From the NCBI GenBank assembly GCA_029717555.1, contig JAMDHS010000015.1, forward strand, positions 1 to 64,000: a DNA stretch of 64,000 nucleotides. The letters run 5' to 3'. The translations under genes and the position numbers were made by a program. This stretch comes from Peribolospora baueri. Lineage: Eukaryota. The notes under the pieces are model-generated. The model had not been told where the DNA came from. It saw only the letters and a list, made by a program, of their open reading frames with translations, and did no database searches. Shown here piece after piece: positions 1 through 11,773 of the stretch. Position 1 is the stretch's first letter, and each line of letters starts with the position of its first letter.

Positions 1-43
<43 letters not shown>
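1..43. repeat. poly-T homopolymer at window start
   Basis: Uninterrupted T run from base 1; may extend beyond the window. Confidence 0.9.
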
Positions 44-44
<1 letters not shown>

Positions 45-2064
45 CCTTTGGCTGCATTTGTTTTTATTTTCTCTCGCTCATCCTCCCTCGCCTTGCCGAC
101 GTTTTGCATCTTTTCCCTCATCGTCGAGGGAGCCTGTGTTACTAATGCTAGTTCCCACCCCGTCGCCGTCGCCATCGTCTTTCCCTCGGTTTTCCCTGTA
201 GCGCTCCGCTCTTTCCACGGGCGGTCGTTTCGGTGTCGTGACGCACCTTTGCGCTTCCACTGGAGGCGAGGCAGAAGAAAAGGGTCGCCCGCGGAGTGGA
301 GCGGTGGCTATGTGCACGTGCCGTGCCGGCTTGATGTGCCCGTGCACAGACGAAAGGAAAACCGGCGCCGAGACGAGAGCGGATAACGGACCGGGCCGGA
401 GTGGGAAGGAAGCATTTGTCCTTTCTTTGCCGCACCGGTCGGCACTGACGACGTCGCGTATGGACGAGGACGAGGGAGAGGGACGCCCGGGAATGACAAG
501 CGCATGCCAGTCCCTCCTTCCGTCAGTGTGTCCGTCTGTGCAGTCGAAAAGAATGTCAGCGCAATACAGTACAGCCCTTTCCCGTCACTGTATCCCCGCA
601 TATCTACGGACGCGCGGCGCTGCGGAGCGGTTGCGGCTGCGGTCGGTTGCGGATCGATCGGGGGGCGCGCTGGCTCGCGGACGCGTCGTCGCGTCGGCTT
701 GCGTCGGCATCTTGTACGACTTTGAGTTCAGTCGGTCGTACGAGCCGAACTCACTCCAATATCCCCCGTCTGTTTTGGTTGTCCGCGCACGAGTCCCGTC
801 GCCGGCCGCTGTCGTCCCACGCCCACACCCAGGACAGATCAGGTCATCCGGAGTGCTGAACCGCGGTGGCTGGTTTTCCGAGCGAGCGCGGGCGGGCGGT
901 TCCGAGGGCGAGGCGAGGCGAGGCGAGGCGAGGAGGCGTGCAGATGGATGGTGGAGGCAAAGAGAGAGAGGACGGATGGATCTGTGTCGTGGTCGTCGTC
1001 GTCGTCGTGGCCGAGAGACACAGACGTCCCTCCTCCATCCATCCATCCATACATACGCGCACGCGCCACTGCTCTCTCTGTGCTTTCTGTTTGTCCGCCG
1101 GGTGAGGCCTTGCGAAATGAAGCGGGGAATATTACTTACGGCGGGGGCAGCGCTAGCCGCCGGCGTCGGCGTCGGGGGGTGCACTACGTCACTTATAATT
1201 AGCTGACGAGCGCGTCGGTCGTGTCCAGGCGGGGTGTGGTAGGGGGACATGGACGTGATCGTGTACGTGTATGTGTATGTGGAAACAGGACGCCCAAACG
1301 GGACGTCACCATTCCATGGACGAGACTACGGCGGAGATTGGGATGCGATGCGGTGTGATCCGATGCGATGCGAGGCTATTGCACTGGGATAACCCTTCTT
1401 CCATCAATCAATCAGTCAATCCTCACCTCACCTCGCCATTGCCCACGCTCCTTCCCGCTTCTTGGCCGCCGCTGACGACGACGACAACACCAACGACTCC
1501 GACTCCTCGCCGCTCCTTCACAGGGCCTTGCCTTGCACGTTGAGCTGCACCCGCACTCACACTCACACTCGCTCTCCCTTCCATCCCCTCGCCGGAAATC
1601 TGCGTGTCGACCCCCGTCTGTCCTCCCTGCGCGCCCTCCCACCACCGAACGAACGAACGAACGAAGGTGGTGGCCAGCTAGCTAGCTAGACCTGGCGCGC
1701 ACATCCTCCTTCCTTCCTTCTTTCTCTTCCATCTGCCGTCCATCGACCATCGACTCTCCTTCATCTGGACACCGATCCACTCGACTCGACCGACCCCTTG
1801 CCGCTTCGCTCGCCCCCTTCCCTTCCTCCCTTTCAACATCCCCTCGCCCCCGCCGATCACCTCCGACAGCGCTCGCCTCGCCTCGCCTCGTGTCCCCCTC
1901 CCCTGCCGCCTTCACCGCCCTTCATAGCCCGCACGCCGTCGCCCGCCCGCCGGGCCCTGTCTCACCCTTTCATCATCTTCTCCCCCTTCGCTCCTTCCAT
2001 CCCACGTCCATCGATCCCAGCACGCCAACATACATGGTCCGGTTTCTGAGTTCGGCGTCGCAAG

Positions 2065-2202
2065 GACAGGACAGGACAGGATAGGGTAGGACAGGACAGC
2101 TCAGGATAGGTTAGGATAGATCAGGACTGGTTAGGACACGTCAGGGAGGGTAAGGAGGGTAAGGTCGCACAGCAACGTCGCACAGCAACGTCGCACAGCA
2201 AG
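2065..2202 (+). repeat. Compound micro/minisatellite: (GGACA)n/(GGATA)n-like units followed by three copies of GTCGCACAGCAAC
   Basis: Tandem units read directly, just upstream of the 2382 ORF. Confidence 0.75.
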
Positions 2203-2381
2203 ACTGCGAATATCATTTCATCTTGCTTGCGTCTGCTCTCCTTGGCAACCGCGACGGCGACGGCGTCCGCGCCTAGCACACATCGCACCTCGCTTCCAAG
2301 CTCAGCCCTGCTCCACTGCCACTGCTCCGCTTCATCTTATCGCTCCTTCTCCCTCGCCTCTCCTTCCCCCTCTCCTCCACC

Positions 2382-5300
2382 ATGCTCGGCCTCGGCATAC
2401 CACCCCAAGGCCAAAGACGAACCGACACCGCCTTTTCGCACTTCTCCCCCTCCTCCTCTTCCTCCATCTCCACCCCTTCGCCCCAGCAGGCGGCCGACCG
2501 GCAGCCAAAGCCGACAGGAACGACGGCCGGAGGCTTGCTCCGGCTGCCCCGCGGCGACGGCCGCTTGCTCGCCCCCTCCGCCGAGCTGGTCAACAAGGAC
2601 AAGGCGGCGACGGTGAAGGAGAAAAAGTCGTTGCGAAGGATCTCTATCTATAACTCTACCTTTAGGAGGAGCGCGGTGGCAAGTACAGAAGAAGGCAACC
2701 GAGCGGCACCTCCTCTTTCTCCTCCGCCCTTACCCACCTCCCCTTCTCGTCCGAGTCTGCGCGGCGCTCGAAAGGAAGAGAACGGCGGCGACGACTTGGT
2801 CTTATCCTTCTCCTCTTCCGCCCCAAACCTCACTCTCCGCCCGTCCTCGTCGAAGAGCGCGAGCGCGAGCGCCGCCTCGCAGGCCATCGACGGCGACAGC
2901 GACGGAGGGCGATTGACGACGCTGTACGCTCAGTTTTCCACCTCTACACACCACCACCGCCGCCGCCCTTTTGCCCATGCCGGTCCCGTCGCCGTGCGCG
3001 CCAAGGACGACGCGCGGAGCATGGCCAGTAGCAGCGGTGGGAGTAGCAGCAGTGGCGGGCGCGAAGCCGAAGGCATCACCGGTACCAATAACAAGACGCA
3101 CCTCAACGTCCCACCAGCGACCCCTCCGGACCGCGTCCGTCGCTCGCTGACCATCGGTATCCCTCCGCGCGACGTCGACGTGTCCATGCCCCCTCCTCCC
3201 CCGCCTGCTCACTCCAAAGACGCTCCTTCACCACTCGCCTCTTCCAAGTCGACTCTCAAGCTCGGAAAGCTGAGCCTCAAACGGGCCTTTGGCCTCGGCT
3301 CCAACGCCCATCCACCCGGAGGAGGAGGAGGAACAACGACGGCGGCGGCGATGAGCAAGCAGCGCTCCGGCAGCTCCTACTCCATCTCCACCGCCGAGTC
3401 TTCCCCGCCTCTCACCCCCGCCACCCCACACGACCCTCTGCTCGTCAGCCCCGTCGGCGGAGGTGGAGCGGGAGCGGGAATCGCAAAAGGAGCTGACGGC
3501 GCGCCGACGCTCTTCTTGTCCGGCTTGGACGACGTCGTCGGCGACGGCGGCGGAGGAGGAGGAAGAACGGCGTTGAGCGGCGGCTTCTCCCCCTCGCTCT
3601 CTCCATCGCCCTCGCCATCGCCATCGCCATCGCCCTTGTCCCCTTCTTTCCCTCTCCCCTCCCCAACTTCCCAGTCGCCTCGCTCGCCTGCGCAGAGCCC
3701 TGGCGTCGTAGCCGCCGGCGCTACAGGGAAACAGGGACAACCGTCGCAGCGCTCTGTCACGCAGCAGCCTGACGTCAGCCTCAAGTCGGCGTCGGCGGCG
3801 GTGGCGCCGGCGACCACGACGACGACCTCTCGCGGCTTGGCAGAAGACGACGACTCGGATTTTCTCCGTGCCGTTCTGGGCCTCAGTCTCGGAGAAGGAG
3901 AAGGGGACACTTTAGATTTGGACACTTCCGCTTCCGCTTCCGGCTCCGGCTCCGCCTCCGACCTTATAATTAACCCATGGTCCTCGCTCTCGTCTCCATC
4001 ACGAGCCCCCTTCGGTTCCACGACTTCTTTCTCGCGCACCCAGACCCGACTGGGCCGGAATCGCACAGTGCGATCGACCAAGTCGGACTCTTCGCAGGAC
4101 GACTACGGCGACGCATCGGACGACGACGACGATGACGATCCGGATGGGGAGAAGAGCAGGGCGAGGGCGAACATTTTTGCGGGGAAGAGGGGCGTCGCTG
4201 TCACGATTGGTCATTTGGCCCTCAAGGTTGGCGTCGACCCGCCGGTCGCCAAGGACGTGGGAGCATCGCTCGCTGACGACACGCCGTCCTCCACCACCGG
4301 ACCCAACGCCTTTCCCATCACTCCCACTTCTCCTACCTCGGCGCCGTTCCCATCTTCGTTCTCCCGAAGAAACTCTGCCTTGTTCGGCACCAGGTCGCCC
4401 GCCCCCGCAGCCCTCGGTCTCACCACCCCGGCCAGGCGCGTCTTACACGCGCGCACGATCGATAAGATGACGCCCGTCCGCATCGGACCCAATGGTCTCT
4501 CCCAGCAGCAGCAGCAACAACAACAGCAACAAGGCGCGGGAGGGCCGAATTTGCCTCGCTCGCCATTCGGCGCCGGAACGCAGGAGGCGGCCAGGGGCTC
4601 TGGTGGCTCTCCGATGGCGAGCCCGCCGCTGCGCTTCCCTCGGTCCACCAACTCACCTTGCGTGCTCGCTTCGCATCCCTCCACGACCCAGGTCCAGCGC
4701 TCGCTCGCCATCGCCCTCGCCCGCGCCCGCATCGTCGGCCGTCTCCGTGGCGCCCCCATCCCCGTCGGCGGCGGCGGTGCCCCCGAAGGCAAGAGGAAGG
4801 TGATGGCCATCACGCCGGAGGAGGATCGGGAGATTGAGTGGTTTGAATGGAATTTTCGCGAGGCTGGCTCGGGTGAGAATAAGAGGCTTTCCAGATTGGG
4901 CGTGCCTGGCGCTACGGAGCAGGAACAGTCCCCTCTTGGCGACTTGGACTTGGACTTGGACGGCGTCGAGACGGACAGCGTCCGACCTGAGGATCACCCC
5001 ACCGATGACGCCATGCCTGGCTCTGGCGGCGGTGGCGGCAGCGGCGGCGGCGGCGGCGGCGTATCCAGCGAGGTTCGCAAAACCGAGGTCGCGCTGGTCG
5101 GCATGGCCGCTTGGGCTCGCAGGCAGCCGTTCGCGGAGCGTTGTGCCATGTGGATTCCGGACGACAGGGCAGAGGAGAAGGAGGAGGATGGTACGGACGT
5201 CTCGAGAGAGTCGGCCGAGGGCGTCGCGTCGGACGCCGCTTCCGTCTCCACCTCGTCCTCCTACCAGCGAGGCCTCGCTCCTGGCGGCGTCTGCAACGTC

Positions 5301-6839
5301 GTCGTCCGTTGCTTCCCTCCGCGCTCTCGCCTCGACTCGTCCCCGCTCGAGTTGACGCCCCGCACGCGCGTGTTCGCCGGCCTTGCCCCGCGCGTGCCCG
5401 ACTCTCTTCGCAGGCCGAGCAGGTTCATCCGCGTCCCTGAGAGTCTGTTGGCGGCCCACAAGGCCAGGCCGGGTAGCTCGCATCCTGACTTTCCCAAGTT
5501 GGACGACCCTGATCGACCTAGGAGGCGGGGCCCGCCCGGCGCAACGGAGGGGGGAGGGAGGCGGCGCAGGTCTGGCGTGGAGGGGGGAGAAGGAGGGAGA
5601 GGAGGAGAGAGACGGAGGTCGGGCGCGTACGGCGCCCATGCGATTCCCCTGTCGCGCGAGGATGTCGATTTGCTCTTGCGCAGCGGCAATGACGAAGCCC
5701 GCTCGTCTTTCGACAACGACGACGACGACGATGGCGTGCCTCTGGCCGTGCTCCGCGTTCGTAAGGAACAAGAGCGCGAGGTTGAGCGGGAGCGGGCTCG
5801 CATCGCTGCTGAGCGCGAGGCGGACCGTAAGAAGATGGCGGCACTGGAAGAGCAGGTGTTACGGTTGAGGGAGGAGGAACGTCGAAAGACGGAGGCGTTG
5901 AGTCGGGAAGTGGACCGGTTGAAGCGGATCGAGAAGGAGAGAGCGGCGGAGAAGGAGAGAGAGATGCACCTCCGCGCCGTCAGAGAGGCTAGAGAGCGAC
6001 GAGAGGCCAACCAGAACCCCGCGGCGGGCTTCAGTGCGTGGAAGTCGTCCATCAAGGCCAGCGCGAGCGCGGGCAACCCGAGCTTGAACGCGAACTCGAA
6101 CTCGAACTCGAAATCGAGGCGGACCAGCGTCGTCCTCAGTCCAAGCATGAGCGCCCCTTCGCTTGCCTCGCCCGCGTCGCCTCTCCTCGTACACCCGCAC
6201 CCCTCGCTCGCCTCGCCCGCATCTCCTCCACTGGGCCTGCCCTACAGCCATTCCATGTACGCCATCCCGGCGGCGCTGACGATGCAGATGAGCTTGCCCC
6301 CGACGTCGTCATCGTCGCTTCAACTCACCACCTCGCCTAGCACCCCCGACCTCCGCCGATCTCCCCCGTCCAGTCGCCCTCAGACTGCCCTCGACGGCGC
6401 CACGTCGGTTCACGGCTCGCGACCTCCTTCGTCCCACCAGCGTCCGCGCCACTCGTCAGGCGGCCAGACGGCCGTGGACGACTTTCATCGCGGACGGTCG
6501 CATCGTACGTCGCGAGACTTGACACACGCCGCCAGAGGCGCTCAGGTCGTACAGGCAAGCCAGACGGCGGCCGCCGCCGCGGCGCCATCGAGACCCAACT
6601 CGGCGGCGGCGGCGCGGCGGAGCGCGAGCGCGTACGATAGCTCGACGTCCCGCCGCCATGGCTCGTCGTCCGCCGTCGGTGGCGGTCAAGGCGTACTACC
6701 TGCGCGGCGCGAGACGGCACCGAATGGCGGCCAAGTCCACCACCATGATCGCCGGAGGGCCTCTGTCATCGGCACCCCAGCCGCCGCCGCCGCCGCCAAC
6801 GTCCGTCCGGCCATGGCGCCTGAGAGGCGGCGGCGGTGA
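2382..6839 (+). CDS. Large intronless hypothetical protein (1485 aa), Ser/Pro/Gly-rich and probably disordered, with an E/R/K-rich coiled-coil segment
   Basis: 4.4-kb ATG-initiated ORF followed by a pyrimidine-rich 3' UTR-like stretch. Contains a poly-Q run and a coiled-coil-like region (KEQEREVERERARIAAEREADRKK...) at about 5760-6010. No recognisable domain. Confidence 0.7.
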   Translation: MLGLGIPPQGQRRTDTAFSHFSPSSSSSISTPSPQQAADRQPKPTGTTAGGLLRLPRGDGRLLAPSAELVNKDKAATVKEKKSLRRISIYNSTFRRSAVASTEEGNRAAPPLSPPPLPTSPSRPSLRGARKEENGGDDLVLSFSSSAPNLTLRPSSSKSASASAASQAIDGDSDGGRLTTLYAQFSTSTHHHRRRPFAHAGPVAVRAKDDARSMASSSGGSSSSGGREAEGITGTNNKTHLNVPPATPPDRVRRSLTIGIPPRDVDVSMPPPPPPAHSKDAPSPLASSKSTLKLGKLSLKRAFGLGSNAHPPGGGGGTTTAAAMSKQRSGSSYSISTAESSPPLTPATPHDPLLVSPVGGGGAGAGIAKGADGAPTLFLSGLDDVVGDGGGGGGRTALSGGFSPSLSPSPSPSPSPSPLSPSFPLPSPTSQSPRSPAQSPGVVAAGATGKQGQPSQRSVTQQPDVSLKSASAAVAPATTTTTSRGLAEDDDSDFLRAVLGLSLGEGEGDTLDLDTSASASGSGSASDLIINPWSSLSSPSRAPFGSTTSFSRTQTRLGRNRTVRSTKSDSSQDDYGDASDDDDDDDPDGEKSRARANIFAGKRGVAVTIGHLALKVGVDPPVAKDVGASLADDTPSSTTGPNAFPITPTSPTSAPFPSSFSRRNSALFGTRSPAPAALGLTTPARRVLHARTIDKMTPVRIGPNGLSQQQQQQQQQQGAGGPNLPRSPFGAGTQEAARGSGGSPMASPPLRFPRSTNSPCVLASHPSTTQVQRSLAIALARARIVGRLRGAPIPVGGGGAPEGKRKVMAITPEEDREIEWFEWNFREAGSGENKRLSRLGVPGATEQEQSPLGDLDLDLDGVETDSVRPEDHPTDDAMPGSGGGGGSGGGGGGVSSEVRKTEVALVGMAAWARRQPFAERCAMWIPDDRAEEKEEDGTDVSRESAEGVASDAASVSTSSSYQRGLAPGGVCNVVVRCFPPRSRLDSSPLELTPRTRVFAGLAPRVPDSLRRPSRFIRVPESLLAAHKARPGSSHPDFPKLDDPDRPRRRGPPGATEGGGRRRRSGVEGGEGGRGGERRRSGAYGAHAIPLSREDVDLLLRSGNDEARSSFDNDDDDDGVPLAVLRVRKEQEREVERERARIAAEREADRKKMAALEEQVLRLREEERRKTEALSREVDRLKRIEKERAAEKEREMHLRAVREARERREANQNPAAGFSAWKSSIKASASAGNPSLNANSNSNSKSRRTSVVLSPSMSAPSLASPASPLLVHPHPSLASPASPPLGLPYSHSMYAIPAALTMQMSLPPTSSSSLQLTTSPSTPDLRRSPPSSRPQTALDGATSVHGSRPPSSHQRPRHSSGGQTAVDDFHRGRSHRTSRDLTHAARGAQVVQASQTAAAAAAPSRPNSAAAARRSASAYDSSTSRRHGSSSAVGGGQGVLPARRETAPNGGQVHHHDRRRASVIGTPAAAAAANVRPAMAPERRRR

Positions 6840-7621
6840 AGCTTTTCTGGCCCACGTCCCGTCGCAGCTTTCATTCAGATATCTATTTATCTTTGCTCGA
6901 CGCTTGTTTATAGCCCCCCGCTCCTCTTCGCCCGCCCGCGCTCTCATCGGACGCTTCGCTTCTTTCGCACTAATGGATGGTTTCTTTCTCCCTTTGGCCC
7001 CCGTGTCTCTTCGTAATTTTTTTTCCGCCTCTGCGCCTTTTTTTCTGCGCGCAAGCTCTTTGTCCGTAGATATCCGTCACACACTCTCTCTATTTTTTTC
7101 CCCTTTTTCTACCCTCACCCCGTCCTTCTTTTCTTAGCGTCCTGTCCGCCTCTCTCTCTCTCTCTCTCTCTTAGCCATTCACCTCGCCCCACTCAGCAAC
7201 GCAAACAAACCCGCGACCGTCCCATCGATTCGTAGACGGTACGGTACGGTGTGCATCCATCCATCCCGTCACCGACGTGTATCCTATCTATCCCCGTCGT
7301 CTCCCCCATACCCGCTCGCTCTCCTTCCTCCACGGCCGTGCGTGGAAGTGAAAAAATGAGGAACGGAATTTACTACCCGACACGGCTGTTCGTTCGTTTG
7401 CTCGCTCGGACGGATCACAAAAGATGGCTTTGCTTTGCTTTTTTGTGCCCTTCCCATCCATCATGTCGTTCGTTTTCGTTACAAGGGCGTACGTACGTCG
7501 ACCGTCCTCCTAATCCTTCTAAGAACGAGCCGAGCGTCCAACCCGCTCCCTTCTCCTTCCCTTCTCCATTCTTCCCCTCCGCCCTCCGCCCGTTCGCCCG
7601 CTCGCTCGCTCGCTCGCCAGC

Positions 7622-8158
7622 TCATAGCGATCCCTGACCCTGACCCTGACCCTGACCGCGCCAACTGGTAGCCCTCTCATACGACGGCGGACTCGGCAAG
7701 CCACCGACCGCCGGGCTTCCGGGGCTGGGGCCGGGAACGGGGGCAGAGCCTGGGACGTAAGGAGACAGAGACGGAGACGATGGAGACGCACCCGACGCGG
7801 TGGCGAATTGCGTCTGCCCACCGCCGCCCGGGCTCGGGCTGCCGGCCCACGCGACGGGGCTCGGAGCGCTGTCGTGGGCACCGTGTCCGTACGGACCGCT
7901 GCCCCATCCGCCGGGGGTGCCAAGTGCACCTGCACCCGCACCGCGCCAGTGGTTGTGCGAGGTGGAGGACGGGCTGAGGATGGGGGGGGAAGAAGGGACG
8001 GCGGAGGCGTGGGTGGGGATGGAGGTGCCGTAGCCGGACACGTGTACCTTTTCCTGTCCCGCCATTTGGAGGAGGCGGAGATATACCTGTGGAGAGGGCG
8101 GTGAGTGTGAACGTCGGTCGGTCGGAGACGACGAGCCGAGACAAAGGAGGGCCATGCG

Positions 8159-8189
<31 letters not shown>

Positions 8190-9899
8190 CGACGCACCCT
8201 GTACGCGAACGAGGTACATACGAAAACGCCGCCAATGACGCCCGTCACGCGGGTCAAGAACTGGATCAGCGTCGTCGTCCGCTCGTGCACCGTCACCATC
8301 AGTGGCTCAAGGTCGTATTTGAAGAAGATGCCTGGGCGCGACGGCGGCGGCAGCGGCGGCGGATGAAAGAGGAGAGGACGAGACAAGACGAGACAAAAGA
8401 GATTAGCTTTCCCAAGGTCCAAGTGCCGGCAGCAGGGCGACGCCGCTCACCAGGCACGCCGCGTCCGTGAATAATATCCTTCTGATAGTCGGTGACGCTG
8501 TACTGGTTCGTGTACAAGACTCTGCCCCAAGGGTCGACGTATTTGGTGGGCACGACGGAGAGGAAGTACTGGGCGGCGTGGAAATGCTGGTCGGTGATCT
8601 CCACGCTGTCGTCTAGAGGTTGGATGATGTGAGGGAAGTAGGGCCCGAAGGAGAACTCGTGGATGACGTGGGAGAGATTGATGACTGGCGGGATTTGAAG
8701 GCCGTCAGCGCGCGGGAGATGATGGGGGCTTGTAAAACAAAAAAAGAACTGTGCAAAGGCGACCGGCGCGGCCACTCACGCTTGTGATCCGTATGCTCAA
8801 AGCTCATGTATCCGTGGCCGAGGGTGGTGATGTGCAAGTTGCCGGTCACCTTCTTGACGTCCACGCTGCCGTAGATGCGGCACGCCGGGCCTTCTTCGAT
8901 GAGGCGGTACGTTCGCTCAAACTTGGGCGTACGGTTGAGCCACGACTGGCCGGAACGGGCGTCGCGGATGATGCGCGAGGCGGACAGTCCCGATTCGCGT
9001 TGGTCTCTGCGCGGGCGGGCGGGCCGATCGTTGATCCGACGAGGGGAGTAGTAGGGAGTGAGCAGGACGGCAAGGGACGTGGACGAAACGGAGCCAGCTG
9101 GCGTTGACTCACTTCATTTGCCTCGCCTGGCCGATATGGAAACTCGTCTTTGAGACGGCGAGCGAAGACGGGACGGGACGGCGGACGGAGGGCGATGGAT
9201 GGTCAGAAAGGAACGAGGTGGCGGTGGCTGGCCTCATGGCGGACTGCTCACCCCATCCTTCTTGAACTCGTCGCTGATGTGCAATCGGTCGCCGACGGCA
9301 TCTCGTACGTCGACGGTGAGGTCTAGGAGGGGTGAACGAAGAGGCGTCCATCGTCACGTCACGCGTCACGCGTCGTCACACGGCATCCCATCTCGAACAC
9401 TCACAATGACAAGGCATGGCGACGGTCATATCGACGTTGACCTGCATATCATGTCCGATGTTCTTATCAACATCGAACACGTACCCCACATCGCCGTAGA
9501 GGTACTCCCCGAGGTCGTGCCATACGAAAAGGAGGAGGAGACAGGTGAGGAAGAGGGTGAGGAAGCCGCCGCGGCGAGAGCGGACGGTGTAGGTGGATTC
9601 GGTCTTTGGGAAGGCGTCGAATTGGCGGATCTGGCGAGCAAACGGGGAGGGGTGTGAGCGACGAGCGAGCCGAGCGAGCCACCGAGCCACGAAGCCACCG
9701 AGCCACTGAACCACTGAACCACCGAGCCACCGAGCCACGAAGCAACCAAGCAACCGAGCCACCGAGCCACGAAGCAACAAAGCAGCCCTACCGGCGCGCC
9801 GGCCGCTGAGACGATGCCGGCTGAATTGCACAGCGAGCAAGCACGCACGCACACACGCACCTTGGGAAGGCTATCCAGCGCGCTCAAGGCGTCGGACAT
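7622..9899 (-). CDS. ERV41: ER-Golgi vesicle protein, Erv41/Erv46 (ERGIC) family, multi-exon
   Basis: Spliced exons give MSDALSALDSLPK|IRQFDAFPK...DMTVAMPCH, VDVRDAVGDRLH, ACRIYGSVDVKKVTGNLHIT, NLSHVIHEFSFGPYFP...QYFLSVVPT...NQYSVT, PGIFFKYDLEP...FLTRVTGVIGGVFVC. These are ERGIC_N and COPII-ERV motifs. First intron is 9860-9631 (GT..AG). Confidence 0.9.
8159..8188. repeat. A30 homopolymer (T30 on the gene strand) inside the last ERV41 intron
   Basis: 30 consecutive A, immediately after the GTGCGT donor on the minus strand. Confidence 0.85.
9660..9785. repeat. Degenerate 8-bp minisatellite (ACCGAGCC variants) in ERV41 intron 1
   Basis: accgagcc/acgaagcc/actgaacc units in tandem. Confidence 0.75.
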
Positions 9900-10707
9900 T
9901 TTGGGCGAGGGCGACTCTAGGATGGAAGGGGGAAGGAAGGAAGCGGGGAGAGAGAGCGGTCCGTCAGGCGGCGTGGGTCCGCCGCGCCGGCCCCTTGTTG
10001 CGCCGTCGGCGTGGAGAAGAGGGCAAGGTGTGTATAGGCTCGTACGCTTGGCTGAGCCTTGCTAGCAGAGCTGAGCTGAGCTGAGCTTTTGGCTTTTGGT
10101 GGATGGACGGCGGCCGTTCCTGAAGGGTTGGAGACAGACGACGGCGGGCCAGGTTAGCTGGCGCTGCGCGGACGTTCGCGTGGCTGCGGCAAGAGACAGG
10201 CGCGGGGTTGGTGATGTGTGTATGTAAGCAAGTATGTATGTATGTACTGCATGTATGCACTGCCGGTCGGTATGGGATTGGGATGCACTTGGCTATGCTG
10301 TTATGCTATGCTGGATGAAGCGGGCCGACTTGGCACGCTCCTTCCATGTCTCCATCCATCTGCGAGACGACGACGAGAAAGGACGGTGCTAGGCTTGGCC
10401 CGGTGAGAGCAGCGGGATCGTCTGCTCGATCGCCGGCCAAGGAGTACAGTAGGACGGGGCGAAGCGAGCGACGACCTCGTCTTTGTTTCTTCCTTCGTCT
10501 TCGTTTCTATCTTTCCGAGGGGCACACACGTGCGGCGTCGGTCGGTATGTCGACGAGACGAGGGAGACGTAGGCAAGGACGGTGGATGGGATGGGATGGC
10601 ACGGAGGTTGGCGAGGTAGCAGGCAGGAGACGAGGGTCGTGGATACGACGGTGGTAGATGGACATAGAAAGTCTGTCTGTCTGTCTGTGCCCGACGATCG
10701 TCGCTGT

Positions 10708-10741
<34 letters not shown>

Positions 10742-11773
10742 GTTGTCGTTGTCTATCTGGTCCGTCGTCGCTCCTTCTCACCTCGACCCACCTCATTGGC
10801 CGCCGCTTCCTGGCCTGGCCTGTCCTCGTCGCCACGGCAAGCGGCGACTGCGGCGATGACAACCTCGGCCGTCGCCGTCGCCGTCGCCTTGTTCGGCGAC
10901 TAGGGCGACTGCGGCATGTTTCCAATCTCGTCGCCGGCCTCTGCGCAAGGGTGAGTGAGAATAGAACGGCGGCGGGCAGGGGCATTTTGCATACGGCTTA
11001 TGTCGGCCTAAGCGCGCGTGATGGACGATTAGCATCGGTCCGTATCGGCAGCCGCATGGACGGATGGGCGCCGGGGCCGGCCGCGGATGGCGGCGCACTC
11101 CAACAAGGGACATTACACTGCGTCATCTTATCTCCTCCTATCTCCTCTCTTCTCCTCCGTCCTGGCAGCCAGCCCAGCCCAGCCAGCCGCATCGGCCTCG
11201 GCCTCGCCCCCCCGATCCTCGTCCCAGTGCGAGCGAGCCGACCGGCACCGTCGTCCGACAGACAGCGAAAAAAGAATCATAAGAAATAGGTCTATAAGAA
11301 AAGAGGGAAAAGGAAAAAGACGAAAAAAAAGTAAGACGAAAAGGGCAGTCACTGACACCACTTGTCGGCACTCGCCCTTATTCCTCCGCTTGACCCCGTT
11401 GACGGGATGACAAGTTCAGTTCAGTCTGAGTCCAGCCGTCAACGCAGTCGTCCATCAGCCCAGCCCAGCCGAGCGCGTCAGTCAGTCAGTGCCAGTGCCG
11501 ATACCCCGCTCATCATCCGTCATCGTCTTTCCTCGCCTGCCCTTTTCTCTTCACCACCACCACCACCACCACCACCACCACCCGCCTTTTTCTCCTTCTC
11601 CTTCTCCCCCCCTCCTTTTGCCCACTCTCTCTCCAAAAGTCTCCCGCCGCTCCTGCCGCCAGAGACTCCCACACGCTCCTTTCTCCCCTCTCCCCTCCTC
11701 CGCCTTCACGCGGCCCAGACCGCACGCATACACCCACACCGACGAAGAAAGAGAAAGAAACAAACTGCCCAAC

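Noticed and set aside
48..2200. Overlapping ORFs of 60-322 aa
   Set aside because: Microsatellite-rich GC DNA with no motifs or coherent exon structure.
9660..9785. CRISPR-like repeat array
   Set aside because: Eukaryotic intron containing 8-bp tandem units with no spacers and no cas genes.
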